In this document: piece after piece, positions 27,237-38,426 of the stretch
Layout: every line of letters begins with the position of its first letter
How positions within the stretch are numbered: position 1 is the stretch's first letter
Source of the DNA: Macrostomum lignano
Taxonomy: Eukaryota
Assembly: GCA_002269645.1 (NCBI GenBank)
Contig: NIVC01001478.1
Coordinates: 62,001 to 126,000, forward strand
DNA length: 64,000 nt
Direction: 5' to 3'
Position numbers and translations under genes: made by a program
Notes under the pieces: model-generated
The model's input: only the letters and a program-made list of their open reading frames with translations
Database searches by the model: none
What the model was told of the DNA's origin: nothing

Positions 27237-29764
27237 AGCATTGAAATTTCAGTAATTCTCTCTAAGAGTCATTATAGCACTACTACAGCATTATAGCGAT
27301 TCCCTGCAAGCCTCGACATCGTAGGGATTCCCAAATGAATCTCTTAACTTCGACATGAAGCTTTTTTTATTTTTATCAGCGATCCCTCCCCTGACGAGGC
27401 ATCAAATAATGTAATAAAAAGTTTTCAATAAACTACATGTAGCTTCTGACTTTAGCCTTGAAATCTCATTTATACCCCCATGAGCCTTGACATCTCAGCT
27501 ATTCCCCCCGTAAGCCTTGACATGTCAGCGATGGCCCCCAAAAAACCTTGACATCTAAAAAACCCCCTGTTAAACTTGAAACCCGATAAAATATAACCCT
27601 CAACCCACACCTGACCTAAACCTAACTTTAACCCAACCTAAAGTCTTGAAATCTCAGCAATTCTTCTCCCCTAAGCCTTGACATTTTAGTGATTCCTTCT
27701 TTAAGAATCACAGCACTATAACGATTTCCACCAAGCTTTGACATTGTAAGCAATTCCCAAATGAATCTTTTAACTTCGACATGACTTTTCTTTTATGTAT
27801 ACATAGTGCCACTTTTATTTTTTACATGACTCTTCTTCTATCAGCGCCTCCACCCGTGGCGAGCCAACAAAGAATGCAATAAAAAAATTGAGTAAAGTAC
27901 ATGAACTTTGAAGTAGCTTCCGGCTTTTGCTTTGACATCTCAGAAACCCCCCCCCCCCGTAATCTCAGTTATTCTCTGAGAGCCTTTACGTCTGTTTTTC
28001 TCCCCAGCACAGCATTATAGCTGCATTTAATTTTTACATGAACCCTTCATGTCTGACATGACGCTTCTTTTATTCTACCATGATGCTTCCTTATTTTTTA
28101 AATGACGCTTCTATGATTTTTTCATGACGCTTCCATGATTTTTACATGACGCTTCTATGATTTTTACATGACGCTTTAATGATTTTTACTTGACGCTTCT
28201 ATGATTTTTTACTTGACGCTTCTATGATTTTTTCATGACGCTTCTATGCCTTTTACATGACGCTTTCATGATTTTTACATGACGCTTCTATGATTTTTAC
28301 ATGACGCTTTAATGATTTTTTCATGACGCTTCTATGATTTTTTACATGACGCTTCTATGATTTTTTACTTGACGCTTCTATGATTTTTACTTGACGCTTC
28401 TATGATTTTTTACATTACGCTTCTATGATTTTTTCATGACGCTTCCATGATTTTTACATGACGCTTCTATGACTTTTTACATGACGCTTCTATGATTTTT
28501 TACATGACGCTTCTATGATTTTTTTACATGACGCTTCTATGATCTTTACGTGACGCTTCTTTGCTTTTACATTACGCTTCTATGATTGTTTACATGACGC
28601 TTCTATGATATTTACATGACGCTTAAATGATTGTTTACATGACGCTTCTATGATTTTTACATGACGCTTCAATGATTGTTTACATGACGCTTCTATGATT
28701 GTTTACATGACGCTTCTATGATTTTTACATGACACTTCTATGATTGTTTACATTACGCTTCTATGATTTTTTACATGACGCTTCTATGATTTTTTACATG
28801 ACGCTTCTATGATTGTTTACATGACGCTTCTATGATTTTGTCATGACGCTTCTACGATTTTTTACATGACGCTTCTATGATTGTTTACATGACGCTTCTA
28901 TGATTTTTTACATGACGCTTCTATGATTTTTTATGACGCTTCTATGATTGTTTACATGACGCTTCTATGATTGTTTACATGACGCTTCAATGATTGTTTA
29001 CATGACGCTTCTATGATTTTTTATGACGCTTCTATGATTGTTTACATGACGCTTCTATGATTGTTTACATGACGCTTCTATGATTTTTACATGACGCTTC
29101 AATGATTTTTACATGACGCTTCAATGATTGTTTACATGACGCTTCAATGATTTTTACATGACGCTTCAATGATTGTTTACATGACGCTTCTATGATTTTT
29201 TACATGACGCTTCTATGATTTTTACATGACACTTCTATGATTGTTTACATTACGCTTCTATGATTGTTTACATGACGCTTCTATGATTTTTACATGACGC
29301 TTCTATGATTGTTTACATGACGCTTCTATGATTTTTTCATGACGCTTCTACGATTTTTTACATGACGCTTCTATGATTGTTTACATGACGCTTCTATGAT
29401 TTTTTACATGACGCTTCTATGATTTTTATGACGCTTCTATGATTGTTTACATGACGCTTCTATGATTTTTTATGACGCTTCCATGATTTTTACATGACGC
29501 TTTAATGATTTTTACATGACGCTTCTATGATTTTTTACATGACGCTTCTATGATTTTTTACATGACGCTTCTATGATTTTTTACATGACGCTTCTATGAT
29601 TGTTTACATGACGCTTCTATGATTGTTTACATGACGCTTCTATGATTGTTTACATGACGCTTCTATGATTTTTCGCATGACTATTCTATGATTTTTTACA
29701 TGACGCCTTTAGTCCTTTAATTTATTATTTTTTAATAAAAGCTTTTAATAAAAAAATTTACTAC

Positions 29765-29820
29765 TAAGATTCGAACCCAGGTCGCTGCATTAGCAGTCCA
29801 GTCTGTTAACTTCTAGGCTA
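29765..29820 (-). ncRNA. tRNA-derived remnant (A box, anticodon-like arm with GCT, B box) in the Helitron 5' region
   Basis: Minus strand TAGCCTAGAAG (A box) ... CTGGA-CTGCTAA-TGCAG ... CTGGG-TTCGAAT-CTTAG. A more degenerate copy lies at ~33548-33602; related B boxes at ~16300 and ~16910. No acceptor stem seen. Confidence 0.5.
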
Positions 29821-30279
29821 GATCTTATCGAATTTATAAGTGAAATTGTAGCACTTATATAATTCAACACTCACTCACGAAGCAGTTATGACATAATCAA
29901 TTTCCCAGGCAAGTCAGTATCAGTCTCAATTAAAGTTGACAATATGGTTACGCAATCTAAATCAAGTCTGGTGCTACGCTTCCACACTGCATTTTCAATA
30001 CTGTGACGCAATTCAAGTTGGAGTTACAATTCAGTTATGATGCAATCTATTTCAGAATCAGAATCAACCAGTCAATTTTTTCTCTAGCATTCTTACAATG
30101 CATTTCAAGTCGAAAAGTTTGCTTGAACTTTGCAAAAAAGCATGTTTTTCGAATATTTAATGCCTTTAGCATCGAGCAATTTCTTAGCCACGATGCATGT
30201 ACCGTCACGGGAAAATTTCTGATCGAACAGTGCAAGTCTCATGAAAATCGGTTAAGCCATTTTTTCTCTAATCGATCAC

Positions 30280-30312
<33 letters not shown>

Positions 30313-30599
30313 CACAGACAGACCATTTTTAGTATATAGGAAGCAATCTAGTGCGGCCCCCCTTCGGGGCGCCCAATAAGAAAGGAGCAAAAATAGTTCA
30401 TGGAAAACAATAAAAAAACACATTTTCTTAAACACTAATTCCTTCTTCACATTTTAAAAATCACCTTATTCGTGTAAAATTGTCACGGACTAAGATGTTT
30501 GCAAAATTAAAAAATCACTTTTTCTCTAAAATTAACAAACAGTCAACAAAATATCGTTTCCCTAAATAGAAAATATTCCCAAGACAGCAAGCAACCCCC

Positions 30600-31090
30600 T
30601 CCAAAAGTGAACAATCGCAGATAGCAAGCATCCTCTAATGCTCATAGCAAGAATCACCACAGATAGCAAGCATCTGCAGATTAGCAAGCACCCCCCAGAT
30701 ATTATAGAAGCATCCACCCAGATAGCAAGCATCCACTCAGATAGCAAGCATTCTGCAGATATCAAGCACCCCCAGATATTATAGAAGCATCCTGCAGATA
30801 GCAAGCACCCCCCAGATATTATAGAAGCATCCACCCAGATAGCAAGCATCCACTCAGATAGCAAGCATCCTGCAGATAGCAAGCACCCCCAGATATTATA
30901 GAAGCATCCACCCAGATAGCAAGCATCCTGCAGATAGCAAGAATCCCTAAATAGCAAGCATCCTGCAGATAGCAAGAATCCCTGAATAGCAAGCATCCCT
31001 GGATAGAAAGAATCCCATGCATGTAGCCAGTACCCCCTCTCCCAAATAGCAAGTATCCCCCCTCGAGAGCAAGCATCCACGAGACAGCAA
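30600..31090. repeat. Degenerate GATAGCAAGCATCC repeat in the E5 3' region
   Basis: Visible; short homologous copies at 2570-2645 in E1. Confidence 0.85.
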
Positions 31091-31214
31091 GTAGCTAGTG
31101 CAAATGTTACTTCCGCTAATGCAATAATCGCTTTCTCAGGTTGTGCAACAATCCACGTCTCAGCGAGCGCAATAATCTCTTTTTTAGACAGCGCAGTAAT
31201 CAGCTTCTCAGCTA

Positions 31215-33475
31215 GTGCAATAATCCTTGGTTTATTAATAGCAATAATCCTTGATTAATCAAGTGCAATAATCCTTGGTTTATCAAGTGCAATAATCCTT
31301 GGTTTATCAAGTGCAGTAATCTTTGGCTTATCAAGTGCAATAATCCTTGGTTTATCAAGTGCAATAATCCTTTGTTTATCAAGTGCAATAATCCTTGGTT
31401 TATCAAGTGCAATAATCCTTGGTTTATTAAGTGCAATAATCCTTGGTTTATCAAGTGCAATAATCCTTGGTTTATCTAGCGCAGTAATCCTTGGCTTATC
31501 AGGTGCAATAATCCTTGGTTTATCAAGTGCAATATTTGTTTATCAAGTGCAATAATCCTTGGTTTATCAAGTGAAATAATCCTTGGTTTATCAAGTGCAA
31601 TAATCCTTGGCTTATCAACTGCAATAATCCTTGGTTTATCAAGCGCAGTAATCTTTGGCCTATCAAGTGCAATAATCCTTGGTTTATCAAGTGCAGTAAT
31701 CCTTGGCCTATCAAGTGCAATAATCCTTGGTTTATCAAGTGCAATAATCCTTGGTTTATCAAGTGCAATAATCCTTGGTTTATCAAGTGCAATAATCCTT
31801 GGCTTATCAACTGCAATAATCCTTGGTTTATCAAGTGCAATAGTCCTTGGTTTATCAAGCGCAGTAATCCTTGGCCTATCAAGTGCAATAATCCTTGGCT
31901 TATCAAGTGCAATAATCCTTGGTTTATCAAGTGCAATAATCCTTGGTTTATCAAGTGCAGTAATCCTTGGCCTATCAAGTGCAATAATCCTTGGTTTGCC
32001 AAGAGCAATAATCCTTAGTTTATCGAGTGCAGTAATCCTTAGTTTTCCAAGTGCAGTAATCCTTGGTTTATTAAGAGCAATAATCCTTGGCTTATCGAGT
32101 GCAGTAATCCTTGGTTTGCCAAGAGCAATAATCCTTGGTTTATCAAGTGCAATAATCCTTGGTTTATCAAGTGCAATAATCCTTGGTTTATCAAGTGCAA
32201 TAATCCTTGGTTTATCAGATGCAATAATCCTTGGCTTATCAACTGCAATAATCCTTGGTTTATCAGATGCAATAATCCTTGGCTTATCAACTGCAATAAT
32301 CCTTGGTTTATCAAGTGCAATAATCCTTGGTTTATCAAGCGCAGTAATCTTTGGCCTATCAAGTGCAATAATCCTTGGTTTATCAAGTGCAATAATCCTT
32401 GGTTTATCAAGTGCAATAATCTTTGGTTTATCAGATGCAATAATCCTTGGCTTATCAACTGCAATAATCCTTGGTTTATCAAGTGCAATAATCCTTGGCT
32501 TATCAAGTGCAATAATCCTTGGTTTATCAAGCGCAGTAATCTTTGGCCTATCAAGTGCAATAATCCTTGGTTTATCAAGTGCAGTAATCCTTGGCCTATC
32601 AAGTGCAATAATCCTTGGTTTATCAAGTGCAATAGTCTTTGGTTTATCGAGTGCAGTAATCCTTAGTTTTCCAAGTGCATTAATCCTTGGTTTATTAAGA
32701 GCAATAATCCTTGGTTTATCGAGTGCAGTAGTCCTTGGTTTATTAATATCAATAATCCTTGAATAATCCAGTGCATTAATCCTTGGCTTATCAAGTGCAA
32801 CATTCTTTACTATCAAGTGCAATAATCCATGGCTTATCAAGTGCAATAATCCTTGGCTTATCAAGTGCAATAATCCTTGGTTTATCAAGTGCAATAATCC
32901 TTTGTTTATCAAGTGCAATAATCCTTTGTTTATCAAGTGCAATAATCCTTTGTTTATCAAGTGCAATAATCCTTGGTTTATCAAGCGCAGTAATCCTTGG
33001 CTTATCAAGTGCAATAATCCTTGGTTTATCAAGTGCAATAATCCTTGGTTTATCAAGCGCAGTAATCTTTGGCCTATCAAGTGCAATAGTCCTTGGTTTA
33101 TCGAGTGCAGTAATCCTTGGTTTTCCAAGTGCAATAATCCTTGGCTTCTTGAGTGCAGTAATCCTTGGTTTGCCAAGAGCAATAGTCCTTGGTTTATCGA
33201 GTGCATTAATCCTTGGTTTTCCAAGTGCAATAATTCTTGGCTTCTTGAGTGCAGTAATCCTTGGTTTGCCAAGAGCAATAGTCCTTGGTTTATCGAGTGC
33301 AGTAATCCTTGGTTTTCCAAGTGCCGTAATCCTTGGTTTATTAATAGCAATAATCCTTGATTAATCAAGTGCAGTAATCTTTGGTTTGCCAAGAGCAATA
33401 GTCCTTGGTTTATCGAGTGCAGTAGTCCTTGGTTTATTAATAGCAATAATCCTTGGCTTATCGAGTGCAGTAATT
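31215..33475. repeat. 24-bp minisatellite (TTTATCAAGTGCAATAATCCTTGG) inside E5
   Basis: Directly visible; explains the 8-aa periodic ORFs. Confidence 0.97.
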
Positions 33476-34160
33476 TAAGTGTTTTTATTTAGTCCTTTAA
33501 TAAAACCTTTTAATAAAAAATTTTACACTACTACTTTTAAACTACTTAGATTCGAACCTAGGTCGCTGCATTAGCAGTCTGGTCTGTTCAGCTCTAGGCT
33601 AGCTCTCATCGAAGTTATCAGTGATGTTGTACCACTTATATAATTCAACACTCACACCAAGTCAGGTAGAGTAAAAAGTCTCACGAAGCAGTTATGACAT
33701 AATCAATTTCTTAGGCAAGTCAGTACCAGTGTCTATGAAAGTTTACAATATGGTTACGTAATATAAATTCAGTACTGCGCTATGCTTTCACACTCAAAGC
33801 TGTGACGCAATTCAATTGAGTGTCAAATTCAGCCAGTACACAGACGATAAATAAAGTGTATTGTGATGCAATCTATTTCAGAATCAGAATTCAACCAGTC
33901 AGTTTTTCTGCTAGCATTCTTACGATGCATTTCAAGTCGAAAGAGCTGCTTGACCTTTGCAAAAAAGCATGTTTTTCGAATATTTAATCCCTTTAGCATC
34001 AAGCAATTTCTTAGCCACGATGCATGTACTGTCACGGGAAAATTTCTGATCGAACAGTGCAAGTTCGAAGAAAATCGGTTGAGCCGTTTTTGCTAAAATC
34101 GATCACACACACACACATACACACACACACATACCGACAGACCATTTTTAGTATATTGGA

Positions 34161-36050
34161 TTGCTAATCTAGCTCACATCACCCAAGTAATAGAATGGAT
34201 TGCTAATCTAGCTCACAGCAGCCAAGTAATAGAATGGATTGCTAATCTAGCTCACATCACCCAAGTAATAGAATGGATTGCTAATCTAGCTCACATCACC
34301 CAAGTAATAGAATGGATTGCTAATCTAGCTCACATCACCCAAGTAATAGAATGGATTGCTAATCTAGCTCACATCACCCAAGTAATAGAATGGATTGCTA
34401 ATCTAGCTCACATCACCCAAGTAATAGAATGGATTGCTAATCTAGCTCACATCACCCAAGTAATAGAATGGATTGCTAATCTAGCTCACAGCACCCAAGT
34501 AATAGAATGGATTGCTAATCTAGCTCACATCACCCAAGTAATAGAATGGATTGCTAATCTAGCTCACATCACCCAAGTAATAGAATGGATTGCTAATCTA
34601 GCTCACAGCACCCAAGTAATAGAATGGATTGCTAATCTAGCTCACATCACCCAAGTAATAGAATGGATTGCTAATCTAGCTCACAGCACCCAAGTAATAG
34701 AATGGATTGCTAATCTAGCTCACATCACCCAAGTAATAGAATGGATTGCTAATCTAGCTCACATCACCCAAGTAATAGAATGGATTGCTAATCTAGCTCA
34801 CATCACCCAAGTAATAGAATGGATTGCTAATCTAGCTCACAGCACCCATGTAATAGAATGGATTGCTAATCTAGCTCACAGCACCCAAGTAATAGAATGG
34901 ATTGCTAATCTAGCTCACATCACCCAAGTAATAGAATGGATTGCTAATCTAGCTCACAGCACCCAAGTAATAGAATGGATTGCTAATCTAGCTCACATCA
35001 CCCAAGTAATAGAATGGATTGCTAATCTAGCTCACATCACCCAAGTAATAGAATGGATTGCTAATCTAGCTCACATCACCCAAGTAATAGAATGGATTGC
35101 TAATCTAGCTCACATCACCCAAGTAATAGAATGGATTGCTAATCTAGCTCACATCACCCAAGTAATAGAATGGATTGCTAATCTAGCTCACAGCACCCAA
35201 GTAATAGAATGGATTGCTAATCTAGCTCACATCACCCAAGTAATAGAATGGATTGCTAATCTAGCTCACAGCACCCAAGTAATAGAATGGATTGCTAATC
35301 TAGCTCACATCACCCAAGTAATAGAATGGATTGCTAATCTAGCTCACATCACCCAAGTAATAGAATGGATTGCTAATCTAGCTCACAGCACCCAAGTAAT
35401 AGAATGGATTGCTAATCTAGCTCACATCACCCAAGTAATAGAATGGATTGCTAATCTAGCTCACATCACCCAAGTAATAGAATGGATTGCTAATCTAGCT
35501 CACAGCACCCAAGTAATAGAATGGATTGCTAATCTAGCTCACAGCACCCAAGTAATAGAATGGATTGCTAATCTAGCTCACATCACCCAAGTAATAGAAT
35601 GGATTGCTAATCTAGCTCACAGCACCCAAGTAATAGAATGGATTGCTAATCTAGCTCACATCACCCAAGTAATAGAATGGATTGCTAATCTAGCTCACAT
35701 CACCCAAGTAATAGAATGGATTGCTAATCTAGCTCACAGCACCCAAGTAATAGAATGGATTGCTAATCTAGCTCACATCACCCAAGTAATAGAATGGATT
35801 GCTAATCTAGCTCACATCACCCAAGTAATAGAATGGATTGCTAATCTAGCTCACATCACCCAAGTGATAGAATGGATTGCTAATCTAGCTCACATCACCC
35901 AAGTAATAGAATGGATTGCTAATCTAGCTCACAGCACCCAAGTAATAGAATGGATTGCTAATCTAGCTCACAGCACCCAAGTAATAGAATGGATTGCTAA
36001 TCTAGCTCACATCACCCAAGTAATAGAATGGATTGCTAATCTAGCTCACA
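34161..36050. repeat. 39-bp satellite, right part, about 48 units
   Basis: Same unit as 1690-2425; begins TTGCTAATCTAG immediately after the Helitron 5' end. Confidence 0.97.
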
Positions 36051-36113
36051 TCAATAGGATCGATGAATTGTTAATCTAGCATAAATTATAGAATGGATTT
36101 TTAGTATATTGGA

Positions 36114-38426
36114 CAGGGACTACTTAAACTAGGGATGGGAAACTGGCCAAATCATACAGAAAATAGTTGAAGGCAGGTTTTTTTCTAGCGCTCCCTAAAA
36201 TTTATTATTGAACGTATAAGGCAGATTTCTTCGCCATCCTGCACAGAATTTATCCCTCTACAAGATGCACAACTTAGTTTTTGTCAAGATTCATTTTGAA
36301 AGTAGCAGTGAGCTTTTTTGTACAGTACCCCCTTTTTCACAGTGTTTTATATAGAGAATGCCTTTTAAAAATCTGCAATCAGACGGCTTTTTGTCTATGG
36401 TATAAAACGAATCACTTATACATGTAACACTTGTGTATCAAATGAGTATGAAACGAGCATGGCTTTAGTCTGTCTGAAGACTAATAGAGCCTTGTATGTA
36501 TATATGAATGAAGAGCTTAGCTAAAGGCGAAAGAAACAAGAAAGCACGCTAGCAAGCCAACGTTTTTCGAGCCAAGCTCACGAGACCCCCATCGGGTGGA
36601 AAATGAACGTAGAGCTACCCGGACCGGATGTAGCGAGGCTGCGGCAGCTGCTAGAGCGCAACGAGAACTTGTTCGCCAAGCCCGAGTTCGACCTGGGGCA
36701 CTACGGAGCTGCTACAGCCCAGGTCGAACTGGAAACGGGAACGCAGCCGCACCGGCAAATCCAAGCAGCGCCGTCTGCCTCTGTCTGTGCGAAACCAGGT
36801 GGATAAAAAGATCTTACAGATGCTGGACAGCGGCATCATCGAGCCGTCGTCGTCGCCATGGGCGAGCAACCTGCTGGTGGTCCACAAAAACGTAAAAATG
36901 CACGGACTGGCGGCAGCTGAATGCCTGCACGGTCAAGGACCGGTTTAAAACTGCCTTCTATTCGACCCGTGGCCTGACGCAGTTCCGCAAGACGGGCTTT
37001 GGAATTTGCAATGCCCAGCGACGTTCCAGCGGCTGATGGAGTTGGTGATTTCCGGTCTGTCCTGGGACTCCGTGCTGACTTACATCAACGACATCATCGT
37101 CTTCAGCAGGACCTTTGACGAGCATCTAGTGAGATTTGAGCGCGTTTTTTAACGGCTACGAGATGCGGGTCTCAAACTGCACAATGCGAAGAGCGTGTTC
37201 GGCCATCGCCGGGTGCTGTACCTGGGACACCTGATCAGCTAGCAGGAGGATATTGCACCGGACCCTAGCAAGTTTGAGGTCATTCGCAGCATCCCTAGTC
37301 CAAAGTCGGTCAAAGAGGTGAAGCAGTTCCTCGGCATGCTGGGGTTCTACCGCCGATTCATCGAAGGGTTCAGCTAGACGGCGAGACAGTGGACAGCCGA
37401 CAGTGGACGTAGCCAGACGTCCTGCACGATGCGTGAAATCGAGAGACTTCGCATGAACCGGCGACTACGAGCAAGCTCACAGTAAAGGAAAATTGACCGC
37501 AAGAAGCAGGCGCAGGGAGTTCTGATTCCTCCGATTTCCTGGAGTTGGTTTCCAGGGGAAGCTGGCATACCGGCCTGAGTGGCTGCTTCCATTTTCTCGA
37601 CTATGCTCCGCCAGCCTTACACTGCAGTCTCCAAGCTGTGCCTCCCGTGTTCATAACTGTTTTCTGACCATTGCCGAATACTTCTTTCCTGCAGGTCACG
37701 ACTTTCCAGCAACTGCTGTCTCATGCCGACTGTCGAATTACTTTTTTGAAGACCTTGTCCAGCGCTACAAGACCAAAGACCAAAGTCGGCTGTCCACTGT
37801 TGAATGTGCCATGAGTCGAGACTGACTGACACGCGACACCATGTAGAGGTTTATAATACATATTTGTGAAATTTTGAATGCCAATATGTCCACAAAATAT
37901 ACCTAGCAATACGTACGTACAGTCACCGACTGCGACTCTGTGAAAAAAATCGTCTTCTGCTTTCCCTTTGCTCTATTTCCATTGCCCCCCCCCTCCGAAT
38001 TCACGTGGCTCGGTTTCAGAGTAATTGCAGTGCAACTTTTAGAGTAATGACAAGGAAAATTTCATTTTTTATTCAGTTATTCAAGGCTAATTTTTAGACG
38101 ACGCAGCAGAAGCGGCTACAAGCTTAACTGAATATAGCGATTATGCTTGTGCAGAAACCCTCGACATTTCAATCAGGCGTTTGCTGTGTAAAATTCCCAA
38201 GAAAAAAGGGGGGTCCTGTACAAAAAAGATCACTGCTACTTTCAAAATGAAGCTTGACAAAAACTAAGTTGTGCATCTTGTAGAGGGATAAATTCTGTGC
38301 AGGATGGCGAAAAAACCGGCTTTCTACGTTCAATAATAAATTCTAAGGAACACTAGAAAAAACCAGGCTCCAACTATTTTCTGCACGATTTGGCCAGTTT
38401 CCCATCCCTAGTTCAAGTAGTCCCTG
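36114..38426. mobile_element. Non-autonomous TIR DNA transposon (hAT-like), 2,313 bp, ~225-bp imperfect TIRs, 8-bp TSD ATATTGGA
   Basis: Left end CAGGGACTACTTAAACTAGGGATGGGAAACTGGCCAAATC matches the reverse complement of the right end at 39/40; inverted similarity extends to ~36338 and ~38201; ATATTGGA at 36106-36113 and 38427-38434. No transposase ORF seen. Confidence 0.9.
36603..37378 (+). pseudogene. Ty3/Gypsy pol fragment (reverse transcriptase), decayed
   Basis: Across frameshifts: LDSGIIEPSSSPWASNLLVV, DWRQLN, KTAF, FGICNA, TFQRLM, YINDII (YxDD with D>N), [25 protein letters not shown]; stops present, no LTRs seen. Confidence 0.9.

Larger units (their letters stand above)
19080..29700. 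repeat. 22-24-bp minisatellite (ACATGACGCTTCTATGATTTTTT) in three arrays: ~19080-23790, ~24900-26955, ~28090-29700
   Basis: Directly visible; the arrays are separated by duplicated ~1.1-kb spacer modules starting GAAATGCAATACACG at 18294, 23794 and 26961. Confidence 0.97.
18261..30341 (-). mobile_element. Helitron E4, non-autonomous (12,081 bp), mostly minisatellite
   Basis: 3' CTAG at 18261-18264 with a hairpin; 5' TCCTATATACTAAAAATGG at 30341 followed by an (ATCT)n tract and the family 5' block. Confidence 0.82.
2426..34160 (-). mobile_element. Head-to-tail chain of five Helitrons (E1-E5), 31,735 bp
   Basis: On the minus strand each unit starts TC(C/T)...TATACTAAA and ends with a GC hairpin plus CTAG (E5 lacks the final AG). 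Junctions at 12087/12088, 17911/17912, 18260/18261, 30341/30342. Outer flanks are A (34161) and T (2425) with no TSD. Confidence 0.88.
30342..34160 (-). mobile_element. Helitron E5, non-autonomous (3,819 bp)
   Basis: 5' TCCAATATACTAAAAATGG at 34160 preceded by A, with a (TG)n tract; 3' hairpin GCCCC-GAAG-GGGGGC; 3' subterminal block homologous to E1 2500-2660. Confidence 0.82.

Noticed and set aside
29765-29820. Functional tRNA-Ser(GCT) gene
   Set aside because: No acceptor stem, no long variable arm, a mismatched anticodon stem, and degenerate homologues in sister elements.
31476-33446. 656-aa and overlapping ORFs with 8-aa periodicity (LRR-like look)
   Set aside because: Open in several frames on both strands; artefact of the 24-bp minisatellite.
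34161-36050. CRISPR-like regular array
   Set aside because: No unique spacers, no cas genes, eukaryotic context; the same applies to all other arrays here.
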